This document shows positions 47,721 through 60,066 of a stretch of DNA of 64,000 bases, one piece after another; the stretch's first letter is position 1; each line of letters opens with the position of its first letter. The notes under the pieces are model-generated. The model had not been told where the DNA came from. It saw only the letters and a list, made by a program, of their open reading frames with translations, and did not search any database. Source of the stretch: Octopus bimaculoides (lineage: Eukaryota); contig NC_068994.1 of NCBI RefSeq assembly GCF_001194135.2, positions 60,251,507 through 60,315,506 of the forward strand. The letters run 5' to 3'. A program made the position numbers and the translations under genes.

Positions 47721-50199
47721 ATATGCTCTCGAAGGACATTTGTGCTAGGCCGAAAAGAGAAACTGCTTTGTCGAAGACGTATCTTGTGAATTGCTCAAAA
47801 TACGGAGTAGAAAAACAGTCGACAACTGATGAAGGGTCGTTTTTTTATGCTGTTTGTTTTGTTTTCCATTTGTTTCTTTCGCTGTTCGCAAAAACAGTTC
47901 ATATTTCATGTTGTTTATGTCCTGTGACGTCCTGTATATACATATATATGTAAGTATGTACATATACATATATGTATATATGCATATATATATTATTTAT
48001 ATTATTATATATATATATATATATATAGATATAGATATATAGATATACATACATATGTATGTATGTATGTGTGCGTGTATGATTTTATTTTAAGTTTGTG
48101 AATATCTGGTTGAGTTGGTGTGTTGGTGTGCATAAATCGAAGTGTGTGCATCTATTCACATAAGAATCTCAGATGAAGAATTTTTGGAGTGTCTTATAAA
48201 TGTTCACTATGCCACTAATAGACTGGATTTGGAGAATCCACATCGGTTCCTTTCGCTATTTACCGTGAAAAGAGAGTGTATGTATGTATGTATGTATGTG
48301 TGTATTTATATATGTATGTATATATGTATGTATATGCATGTACCCAATTCTATGTACGTACATCGATATGAGTTTTCTCGCAAATATTGAGTAAAAAAAA
48401 CTACCAAGCGAAAAGAATAAATAAATAAATACAATCAAAATAAATAAACAAATAAAGGGCCGATAACTTCGCCGTTGGTAAAATATTTTTTTCCTCAGCC
48501 TAGCGGTGAAATTGAGAACTAATTTCGTTACCAGGGAGGTTGCGTGAAATATCGTTGATGGCGGTGGCGACATCAGCGAAATCATCATCATCATCATCAT
48601 CAAAAACAGTTATAGCAACAAAAATCTGATAAAGTAGTCTCGAATGCAATGGCTGTGACAGTATTGATCCGAAGTCTATGATGGCTGCCGTCTCCTTTCG
48701 CTGCCATTGTCTCTTGCCATTTTCCGTCTTTGANNNNNNNNNNNNNNNNNNNNNNNNNNNNNNNNNNNNNNNNNNNNNNNNNNNNNNNNNNNNNNNNNNN
48801 NNNNNNNNNNNNNNNNNNNNNNNNNNNNNNNNNNNNNNNNNNNNNNNNNNNNNNNNNNNNNNNNNNNNNNNNNNNNNNNNNNNNNNNNNNNNNNNNNNNN
48901 NNNNNNNNNNNNNNNNNNNNNNNNNNNNNNNNNNNNNNNNNNNNNNNNNNNNNNNNNNNNNNNNNNNNNNNNNNNNNNNNNNNNNNNNNNNNNNNNNNNN
49001 NNNNNNNNNNNNNNNNNNNNNNNNNNNNNNNNNNNNNNNNNNNNNNNNNNNNNNNNNNNNNNNNNNNNNNNNNNNNNNNNNNNNNNNNNNNNNNNNNNNN
49101 NNNNNNNNNNNNNNNNNNNNNNNNNNNNNNNNNNNNNNNNNNNNNNNNNNNNNNNNNNNNNNNNNNNNNNNNNNNNNNNNNNNNNNNNNNNNNNNNNNNN
49201 NNNNNNNNNNNNNNNNNNNNNNNNNNNNNNNNNNNNNNNNNNNNNNNNNNNNNNNNNNNNNNNNNNNNNNNNNNNNNNNNNNNNNNNNNNNNNNNNNNNN
49301 NNNNNNNNNNNNNNNNNNNNNNNNNNNNNNNNNNNNNNNNNNNNNNNNNNNNNNNNNNNNNNNNNNNNNNNNNNNNNNNNNNNNNNNNNNNNNNNNNNNN
49401 NNNNNNNNNNNNNNNNNNNNNNNNNNNNNNNNNNNNNNNNNNNNNNNNNNNNNNNNNNNNNNNNNNNNNNNNNNNNNNNNNNNNNNNNNNNNNNNNNNNN
49501 NNNNNNNNNNNNNNNNNNNNNNNNNNNNNNNNNNNNNNNNNNNNNNNNNNNNNNNNNNNNNNNNNNNNNNNNNNNNNNNNNNNNNNNNNNNNNNNNNNNG
49601 TGGTAGATGCAGAGGTGATGGTGGCGCTGCTTTAATGTAAAGTATAATATAAATTCGCACTACACACCACTTACCTCTCCACTCGGTGAGGGTGGGCAGC
49701 TGTTTCACGAGACTACAAGATTTTAGTTATCCATCAAAGCGAAAGCGGCGGGAGTGGGGGGGAGGGGCGAAAGATAATCATCAAATTTAGTGTTGATTAG
49801 CTAAAAGGATGTTGTTTACGCGCACATGTGTGTGAGTGTGTGGGGTTAGGTGCATGTATGTGCGTATGTGTGCGCGCGCGGTGTTGTGTGTATGCGTGTG
49901 TGTGCGCATTTGAAAGACCACCATGTAAGTGCATGTGTATAAGTGTATGTGTTCAATTGAACGAATAGTTGCTTTTGTTTATGTGTCTACACACACACAC
50001 ACACGTCTATATCGACGTAAATGTGTGCATATATGTCGTATTTAAGAGTTGTAAAATATATTGAGTGTATATTTTAAGTAATGCAAACATTATCTGATGT
50101 AGAGCTTAATATGATGGACAGAGAAGATAGAGCTGTCGTAAATAGCCCAGCCTGAGGGGAGACTATGAGCAGACTATGGAGATATTCTTTTAATTCTTT

Positions 50200-50567
50200 T
50201 ATTTGTTTCAGTCGGCCATGCTGGAGCACCGCCTTTAGTCTAAGAAGTCGACCCCGGGACTTATTCTTTGTAAGTCTGGTACTTATTATATCGGTCTCTT
50301 TTGCCCAACCGCTAAGTTACCGGGAACGTAAACACACTAACATCGGGTGTCAAGCGATGGTGGGGTGGGAGGACAAACACAAAGATATGCACATGCATAT
50401 ATATACATATATACGACCGGCTTCTTTCAGTTTCCGTCTACCAAATCCATTCACAAGGTTTTGGTCGGTCCGAGGCTATCGTAGAAGACACTTAATCAAG
50501 GGGTAGGACTGAACCCGGAACCATATGGTTAGGAAGCTAGCGTCTTACAACACAGCCGCACCTGTGC
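50200..50567 (-). mobile_element. Full-length SINE family A
   Basis: Reverse complement contains head, internal (TA/TG) tract and the AAGGCGGTGCTCCAGCATGGCC tail. Confidence 0.88.
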
Positions 50568-51915
50568 ATATATATATATATATATATATATANNNNNNNN
50601 NNNNNNNNNNNNNNNNNNNNNNNNNNNNNNNNNNNNNNNNNNNNNNNNNNNNNNNNNNNNNNNNNNNNNNNTGTGTGTGTGTGTGTGTGTGTACATATAA
50701 ACATGTATATATACACATATACACATGCTTATAGTCAGATTTTCTGTTTGTTCAACGACGGCAGTATTATGGCCGACCGCGTGAATGTAAAAAGAAAGGA
50801 GAAAACAAGATGGTTGTGACTGATATAATTAATGTGGTTCTCTGTTTCGAAAACTAAGAATAGTCATTTGATGTCCCTCTTGATTAGTATGAAGGCTTAG
50901 GTTGCTCAACTACAAACGAAAGCAATATTTCGGGACTTATTAAGGTGTTCGCCAAAAGAGAGACGTTACTTCAGAAGTAGTTGTTATTGAGGGATCGAAA
51001 TATACCTCAGCCATGACATTCTTGGGGCATTACGTATTAGTTCAGGTTTTATCAAAATATAAACAGTGATACGATGGTGGCTACGAATTTTGTGATAATC
51101 ATTGACTTTGCTATTAATATCAGCAGAATCGATTAACTCCGTTAATTGTTACGATATGTAAAAGTACTCAGTGATTTGGTGGAAAATTTATAGAATATAG
51201 CGAACTTCCTGGAGCAAAGGAAGAAGAATTTGGGATGGAGCAAGCACCATGTTGGCTGAAATATCTAACATCGATACAAAGATTAGGAAAATCACTCCAA
51301 ATGCTCTCTTTCCACATTTCTCTATAGATTCATTTTTATTTCGCTCTCATTGACGCAATGAACTCCAGTATTGGATCGGAGTTGTTTTTGGAACTCTACA
51401 AAGTATCACTACTTTTTTCAAGTGGTTTACACGTCTTTCAATATAAAAGTAGAACACAAATAGATTAACTCTTTTGAATTGACTTTAAATAAATTTTGTG
51501 ATGCTAGATCGGCAAAAGTATCAGAAATTTTGAAGAATTTGTCTGCACAAGTAGTTGCTCTACATAAACTCTCTCTAGCACATTATTGTTATTATTATTA
51601 TTATTATTATTGTTGTTGTTATTATTATTATTATTATTAGTAGTAGTAGTATTGGAAGCTGAAACTTGTGAAATCGTTTCCACTTTAACGCTTTTCGAGT
51701 AAATAAGGATTGGGTAGCAAAGGCTCCGGTGAGAAGTGGCGTGAGTCAATTAAGGATTAAACTCAACGATATTTATTGATAGTTTTATAAAGTAGGGTTT
51801 TACAGCTGTATCAGTAGATGCAGAGATGATGCATGTGCACCAAAGAAACACGCAATTCAGTAGGTAAAACGCTTATTGGTAAACATAAATATAGGCTCAT
51901 ATATAAACAACGGTG

Positions 51916-51948
<33 letters not shown>

Positions 51949-52056
51949 CTGCCTGCTAGTGAGTGCATGCATATCTACTCAGGTTGTCTCATAAGTATGC
52001 CAGTCTTTAACAGAAATTTTAATTAAAAAAGCTGACATACGTATCAGTCACTCGTT

Positions 52057-52115
<59 letters not shown>

Positions 52116-52544
52116 ATATAACGTGTGTGTAAGCTTCTCTGCACAAATATATGCAGGCATGTATACATGTATAAAACTATGAATGCACTAATATTTCAGA
52201 AAAAAAAAAGCTAAGACGGATATAAAGTGAAGATGGGTGAGGTGAGTCTAGAGATGGTTTTGATTAAAAGATAAACTGAGTGAAGAAGAAGGAAAAGATA
52301 TATATACACAGGTTGTTGAGTGGGAGAGTAAAGGTGGTGGTGGGGTGGCGGTGGCGTTAGAGGTGAGGAGAAAGAGGAGACAATGTTGAGAAGTGGTGGA
52401 ATGGTGCTATAAACGAGAATGTTGATGTAAAGCGTATAAAATAGAAACAAGTACAAAGGAAGTAGGAAGCGGAAAAGGAGGAGGAGGAGGCAAAAGATGA
52501 ATTATAATTTGAAATGGCTGGATTCCCGATTGTTAGTTAAACTA

Positions 52545-52760
52545 AGGTGACGAGCTGACAGAGACGTTAGAGACGCCTGGCGAAGTGCTGAGCGATATTT
52601 CGTCTGTCTTCACGTTCTGAGTTAAAATTCCGCCGAGGTTGACTTTGCCTTTCATCCTTTCGGGGTCGATAAATTAAGTACCAGTTGCGTACTCGAGTTG
52701 ATCTTATCGACTGGCCCTTTCCCCAAACGTTTCGGGCCTAGAGAAGAAAAGATTAATAGT
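52545..52760 (+). mobile_element. SINE family B
   Basis: GGTGACGAGCTGACAGAGACG..TTTCATCCTTTCGGGGTCGATAAATTAAGTACCAG. Confidence 0.88.
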
Positions 52761-53009
52761 AATTATAATATAGATGACTATTTCGTTAATAGAATGCAGT
52801 AAATCCATTGTTCCCGTTGAAACGACCATAAACTTGAAAGAAAAGTTACTGTCGATGTCAACGGAAGAACCTTACTAGTTCTTATCTAATTGATTTGGGA
52901 CAGGTGAAAATATGCCGAGCTGACACCTGCCGAAGTTTTTGGGGTTATGAAACTAAATATATGTATTCAGGGCTGATCTTCGTACGCACCACAATTCATC
53001 CCAATATAT

Positions 53010-53205
53010 TGATTTCAAATTTTGGCACAAGGCCAGCAATTTTGGGGGAATCGATAAATCGATTACACCGGCTCTAATGCTCAACTATCAACCCCGGAAG
53101 GATGAAAGGCAAAGTCGACCTTGGCGAAATTTGAACTCAAAACGTAAGAACGAACAAAATGCCGCTAAGCATTTGCCCGGCGTGCTAACGATTCTGCCAG
53201 CTTGA
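53010..53205 (-). mobile_element. SINE family B (minus strand)
   Basis: GGATGAAAGGCAAAGTCGACC..ATTTGAACTC..GCCGCTAAGCATTTGCCCGGCGTGCTAACG is the reverse complement of the family B body. Confidence 0.85.
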
Positions 53206-54041
53206 TGTCTTAATTTATCCCAATATCTCTATTTACCACCACAAACCCAATAATACAGTTATTTTGAAGTATTTCTTTAAGTATCTCGTTGCCATGGTAC
53301 TTGTTGATGTTGTCGTTGCCATGGTACCATTATATGCAAATTTGTTTATACAGCAGGCTTTGACTTTGTGAAATATTTCTCATTATACTGTTAAATTTCC
53401 TGAATGACACTGCTTTTATGGGATCCCTCGGTCTGCGAAAGATAGCCTCAAAGTTGCCTCAGAACCGTACTACACTTCTTCAAAAAGTAAGGGAACGGTG
53501 GAAATGCAGTCCAATATACACCATTCTTGAAAAAAGATCATAGGCTGTCTCGATGGTTAGAACTGACCTCTGCTAGTCACAAAAGTTGAAGAAAATGCAA
53601 GACTTAGCTCACGAGTCGATGAGATTTTGGTAATCCAATGAGAGGAGGATAAGAAGGAAGAGGAGAAAAAAAACTGATTTACAATAATGCAATATCATTG
53701 TATTATAAGCAATAATACAAGTTAATAAAGCAACTGTAAGTTATTAAAAGAGAAATGATGTCTAATATTGGTACTGTTTGGATATATTTTGTAAGATGAA
53801 TAAAATCGCTAAACCTGATATAGTATGGAAGATATCTTGTGAAAATACATCTTTCTTATTAAAACAACAAAGTATTCAAATTTTGAGATGGCGCTCAACA
53901 AATTACAGTCAATGCAGTGATATCACTTTCAGGAAATACAAGCCGGAAGTAAAAAGGAGCGATCGAAATAACAGTCTTTACTTACTGGTAATCTTTTAAC
54001 TCCAAGTAAATATTTGATGTTCTGTAAAGAAAAGAAAAAAG

Positions 54042-54118
<77 letters not shown>

Positions 54119-54690
54119 TACAGATATATTTTTATCAGTGGGAACACTTACTACTATTATTCTACAAGTATTTTCTTCTCAGTCTTTAATGACTATGTCT
54201 GGTCGATTAGCCTGGATCGTTCTGTCAGTGTTGACTGGAAAATCCCAGAGGATAGTAACATTTTCATTTTCAACGACTGGCTCAGAATGATGTTCATACC
54301 AGTTAGCAGGAGTGCTGATTTTGTAGTGTCTACATATTTTCCTATGTAAATACTGTCCTACCCTATTGTGGCGATTTTTGTATTCGTTTGGTGTCAGCAT
54401 GGGACATCCCGAGACGAGATGGTCTTTTGTTTCGTCAAATGTATCGTAGACTCTGCATTTAGGGTAAGAACCGTTTTGAAAAAGGTTTGCCTGGTAGTTT
54501 TTGGTAAGCAAGCTTTGGTCTTGTGCCGCCAATATGAAACCTTCCGTCTCTGCTTTCAGTCCTGAGCTTCTCAACCACTGATGGATTGTTGCTTCGTCTA
54601 CATCAGCATTTCGGGGTTCGAAGTATATACTGTCCATGCAGACCCTTCTGGCCTCACCGGTCCTCAATTTCTTTCTGCCCGTTCTTTTAT
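54119..54690 (-). mobile_element. R4-type non-LTR fragment (CCHC plus RLE start), abutting (TAA)n at 54045-54118
   Basis: QWLRSSGLKAETEGFILAAQDQSLLT..KCRV..ETKDHLVSGCP..RHNRVG..LWDFPVNTDRTIQANRPDIVIKD, ending VSVPTDKNISV. Confidence 0.93.
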
Positions 54691-54704
54691 TATTATTGTT
54701 ATTA

Positions 54705-54790
54705 TAGGAAAACTCACAGCTTATTTTGCTGGGTATGATGGAAAGTGTCAGCTGTCCACAGCCAGCAGACTAAGGTGACACTTGTTTACT
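54705..54790 (-). mobile_element. Probable R4-type 3' UTR remnant with TAA-like tail
   Basis: GTCACCTTAGTCTGCTGG..TATAATAACAATAATAATAA resembles the start of the neighbouring 3' UTR (GTTACCTTAGTTCACTGG). Confidence 0.45.
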
Positions 54791-54829
54791 TGTCATTGTT
54801 ATTATTATTATCATAATCATCATCATCTT

Positions 54830-55150
54830 TTATTATTAGGATTTTATTGTCTTTGCACAGCTTCTAACGCTGGAGATGTACTACGATGTCGGCTGATCAC
54901 TACCAGTGAACTAAGGTAACACCCCTTAGTTTTCGAGCACCATCCGGAGTATTCGAGCGGTTCCAAGCAGTGCTGTTTTCTGCAAGTGCTCCACCCTTAT
55001 TGCAGCCCCTATTTGTTCCATGTATTTCTCTAACCACTGTTCCCAGGTCTCTGACAATTATTGGTACTACAACCACCTTTTTCAGTAACCACAACTATTT
55101 AATCTCCCAGTCTAATCTGTCATATCTATTGGTCAAACCGTCATCAATGT
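54830..55150 (-). mobile_element. R4-type non-LTR 3' end with TAA/TGA tail
   Basis: YDRLDWEIK*LW..VVVVPIIV..LEKYMEQIGAAIRVEHLQKTALLGTARILRMVLEN*, followed by a 3' UTR. Confidence 0.88.
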
Positions 55151-55511
55151 TTTCAAAGTTTCACTTGAAAAGAAAAGTGAGGGCAGAGAGGGAAGTTCTG
55201 CCCTTCAGCAATTTTGTTAAAAGGGGGGGGGGGGTGAATATCGCAAGAATGGTCCGAGTTAATCGGCCTACTTTAAGTATGTACCTGTAGACAGAGTGGA
55301 GAGGGTGCTTGCTCTGGTGCTCACAATTATTGTGAACTTGTAGAGTTTCCACGGGCAGTCTTAGGGGTCTCCTTATTTTGGGAAGTTTTGTTGTTATAAT
55401 CGATTGCTTTTTCATTGTTTACACGACTTTCATGTAACTCCACATTGTATTTGTCCTGTGCTGTCCATAATGATTTTGGTAATGTAAACCCTTTGTGGTT
55501 AATAAAGAAAC

Positions 55512-55564
<53 letters not shown>

Positions 55565-55565
<1 letters not shown>

Positions 55566-55735
55566 CGGCAACTCATCCGCCTTTACGTTCTAAGTTGAAA
55601 TTCCACCAAGGTCGACTTTGCGTTTCACCCTTTCGGGGTCGATAAATTAAGTACCAGTAAAACACTGGGTCAATGTAATCGATTTATCCCCTCCCCCAAA
55701 ATGGCTGCCTTTGTGGCAAAATTTGAAACCATTAT
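55565..55735 (+). mobile_element. SINE family B, 5'-truncated, between (TAT)n arrays
   Basis: TTTACGTTCTAAGTTGAAATTCCACCAAGGTCGACTTTGCGTTTCACCCTTTCGGGGTCGATAAATTAAGTACCAG. Confidence 0.85.
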
Positions 55736-56834
55736 TATAATTATTATTATGATTGTTGTTGTTGTTGTTAACATAAAGGTAGGGCAACCGCACTCTATAA
55801 TCATTTATGTAAATAAGCAAGACTTCACATCAAGTTTGTCTTTTGTAGAAGCACGAAACAAAAAATACACTTTATGCACAAAAAGTTAGACACTCGGGCG
55901 TCAGCTGCAACAGAAAGGAGGCTACACTCATACATATAGAGGCACAAACGCACACACACATACACGGACATACACACATGTACACATACATACAAATACA
56001 CACACATGTACTCGCGCGCACATATACAAACACACACGCATACACAAATGCGCGCTAACACATGAACACGCACACACACACACACACACACCAAATGTAA
56101 CCAGTTTACTTCTTTGAATTGTTCCTCAATGTTTTCTTTTCACTTCCGGATCTTTTCATTGGAAGACATCTGCTTTTTAACCCCGTTTCTCTGCTTCACT
56201 GTTGATACACACACACACACTCACATATATACATACATACATATACATACATACACACGTACGTGCACGCGCACGCACACATATACGTATATATATGTGT
56301 GGGGGGTGCGTGTGTAACGTGTGTATTTATCTCTACATACATATACATACACACACAAATATATTTATATATATACATATATTTGACTTCTGCGTCTTAT
56401 ATATATATATATATATATATATATNNNNNNNNNNNNNNNNNNNNNNNNNNNNNNNNNNNNNNNNNNNNNNNNNNNNNNNNNNNNNNNNNNNNNNNNNNNN
56501 NNNNNNNNNNNNNNNNNNNNNNNNNNNNNNNNNNNNNNNNNNNNNNNNNNNNNNNNNGGAGAGAGGGAGAGAGAGACAGCTCTATAGCTATAAAGCTGTA
56601 TTTATATTTCTGTAGTTTTAAAGGTCTCTTCACTTCTCTCACTCTCTCTTTCTTTTTTGCTTTTCTCTCGTTCTCTCTCTTGCTCTCTCTCTCTCCTTCT
56701 CTGTCTGTCTGTTTGTCTATGTCTCCACCCCGTCTCCCCTCCCCCTCTCTCTACATCATATATCATTCATATCTTCATCGTTAAACTTGTCCTTTGAAAT
56801 AAATCATTCAACCATTTAATCAACGAATGTTCCT

Positions 56835-56996
56835 AGGCGCAGGAGTGGCTGTGTGGTAAGAAGCTTGCTTCCCAACCACATGGTTCAGGGTTCAGTCCCA
56901 TTGCGTGGTACCTTGGGGAAGTGTTCTACTATAGCCTCGAGCCGACCAAAGCCTTGTGAGTGAATTTGGTAGACAGAAACTGAAAGAAGTCCGTCG

Positions 56997-57039
<43 letters not shown>

Positions 57040-57775
57040 AAAGGGCATTACTATACATAAATGCCTCACGTTAGGAGGGATTCTTAAAGTCAAACGACTT
57101 GATAAATTCTTATAAAGATTTTATCCTATATTTAAATTTTATATATATATTTATATATATATATATATGGCAAATGAAAGACTGAAGACGGAATATACGA
57201 AAATTTATTATTAATCTCGACAATTGTTTCGACACATCGAGCATCGACCCCTCATGTGTGGGACACTCAACAACTGGTTCAGGAGCATCCGGCGTTGCAG
57301 ATGTATCTCGTCGGGTGACAAATGAATACAACTCGTTAAAATAACAGTTCCACAATGTAACTTCTCGTTACAAGAAAAGCAGCCAGACGGAGGGAATATC
57401 TTCGTTCATATAGAAGATCAAAACTAAAATCACAGATGGAAAGAAAAGAGAAAAAAACACGTAATCCAGCAAGAAAAGTATTAGAAATAACCTTTAACAA
57501 ATATGGATGTATAAACGTCCTCGGGCAAGCTGCATGGCGCGAGTACACTCGCTCATACATATACGTTTGTGTGTCTGTATTTGTCACCCACCATCGCTTG
57601 ACAACCGATGCTGATGTGTTTACGTCCCCGTCACTTAGCGGTTCGGCAAAAGAGACCGATAGAATAAGTACTAGGCTTACAAAGAATAAGTCCTGGGGTC
57701 GATTTGTTCGACAAAAGGCGGTGCTCCAGCATGGCCGCAGTCAAATGACACTGAAACAAGTAAAGGAATAAAAGA
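56835..57775 (+). mobile_element. SINE family A split by a ~500-bp insertion at its internal microsatellite
   Basis: Head GGCGCAGGAGTGGCTGTGTGGTAAGAAG..GGTTCAGTCCC at 56835-57000 and tail half at ~57560-57775, with unrelated sequence at ~57040-57555. Confidence 0.8.
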
Positions 57776-58363
57776 AGGAATCTATGCAAGACTTTTTTTC
57801 GAGTTTTAAATGTGACATTGTTTTTGTTATCTACACTTCAACGATGAAGCTTTGTGTCTTTGTCAGAAACCGCGTATGAAGCAGTCGAACCTAGACTTAG
57901 CGCTGTCATATTGAATAAAGGCGGGAGTATCATAACTGCGTTTCCTTTGCCATTGCACTGCAACGCTCGGACTCGAAATATAACAATATTTTGCTTTGGC
58001 AAAATTGAAAAAAGTTGGTTGCCTTAATTTTTGGACACATTATGTACGTACATACATTCATGTATCCATACATACATACATACAGATCCAAGCCATCACT
58101 GGAACTGTAAAAATCTGTAAAACCTTCCAGAAGTTTATCATTCAAGTATATATAAACATGTATACATACATACACACATATATACATACATACAAAAATA
58201 CCCGGTCGATGTTGTTGAAATTCCAATGAAGGAACCTTGAATCTAGGTTAGAAACCTGCTCTTTCTCTATTGGCAAGAAATCTTGAAATAATGACTCACA
58301 TACCAATATGCACACGCTCTCACTCACTCTCTCTCTCTCTCTCTCTCACTCACTCTCTCTCAC

Positions 58364-58429
<66 letters not shown>

Positions 58430-58469
58430 TAGAATGCATAGTCGTGTATGTATATCAAAAGAAATACTG

Positions 58470-58545
58470 GGTCTATTTGATTGTCTCCAGCCCTCGGGGC
58501 GGTGCTCAAGCATGGCCATAGTACAAAGACTGTAACCGGTAAAAG
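58470..58545 (+). mobile_element. SINE A or CR1 tail fragment
   Basis: GGGCGGTGCTCAAGCATGGCCATAG..AAAAGAGTAA. Confidence 0.6.
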
Positions 58546-58981
58546 AGTAATAGGGAATATATATATATATGCGCGCTCGTGTGTGTGTGTGTATGTGTGC
58601 ATGCGAGGGGCCGTTTCTGGCTTAATATTGTCAAATTGTCACTTGTCTAGTTGCTTAGCTCCTCGGACAGTAAATATAACTGTAAATTCGTTAGTGACCT
58701 CAGAAGGTAATTCTCAGATCTTACTTCCAATCTTTGCTTACATAATCAGGAAACCAAAGTGAGTAAAGATAGAAAAGCAGCTGGCTGTATGTCTAATATT
58801 GAGATAGGAACAAACACTATGAGCTTTCATCAATAGTTGTAAACAAATATAAACCACAATGGACAAATAACAATGCCAGCAATAAGGAAAAAATTAAAAT
58901 ACAGTCTGCTAAGCATTCACTCACATCTATGTGTGTGCGTTGATGCGTGTGAGTATGTGTGTATGTGTGTGTGTGTGTATA

Positions 58982-59033
<52 letters not shown>

Positions 59034-59815
59034 CATATGCAGGGAAAATACACGATGGAAATAAATATTGAGTTCACATGTATTTATGCTCACACATACG
59101 CGCACACACACACACACACACACACATACACGCAGACGCACACACGTATTAATCTATGTCATATGAGTTTGTGTTTGTGTGTATATATATGTATATACAC
59201 ACACACATACATATATATGATATAAATGAATAAATGGTATCTATGTGTAAGTATATATACCTTTGTCAATATATATATATATTTGTGTGTGTGTGTGTAT
59301 ATATATATATAGATAGATATATAAATGTATATATATTTGTGTGTGTGTGTGTATATATATATATGCGCGCGCGCACACACACACACACATAAATGTATTT
59401 TTCTATATTATCAGTACCTTACACATTTACACACACTAGTATCTGTGTACATGTGTATAGATGCATCTAAGCAGTAACATCTCCTACCAAACACATATCT
59501 CAGTCGGTGCACATCTATCCCATAATCCTCTGCGCTCTTACAGCTATTTATACTAAACAGTCTGTTTGCACGTTTTTTAATCTCTACCAGGAATTTTCTT
59601 TCGGCAATATTAATATCTCTTTGCTGCTTCAGATTAATTTATTTCACAATAAATAGGCTGCACCAGAAGGACGGTTTTCATATGCATATTTTTATATATA
59701 CACACACAGATAGACAGGCGTATAAACGAACATGTATTACAATATACATGCACAGGAAACGAAAACTGATGTCTGTGCATGTATGTGTATGTATACACAC
59801 ACACACACACACACA

Positions 59816-59864
<49 letters not shown>

Positions 59865-60020
59865 AGTGCGTAACATGTATGTATATATACACACATATAC
59901 ATACACATATGAAGCCACACATACGTACACACTTACATAAGTCATAAAATACAAATGCATGCATGTAGTNNNNNNNNNNNNNNNNNNNNNNNNNNNNNNN
60001 NNNNNNNNNNNNNNNNNNNN

Positions 60021-60066
<46 letters not shown>

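Noticed and set aside
47755-47850. GAAAC..GTC...CTGATGAAGG as a permuted hammerhead
   Set aside because: Stems I and II cannot be paired convincingly.
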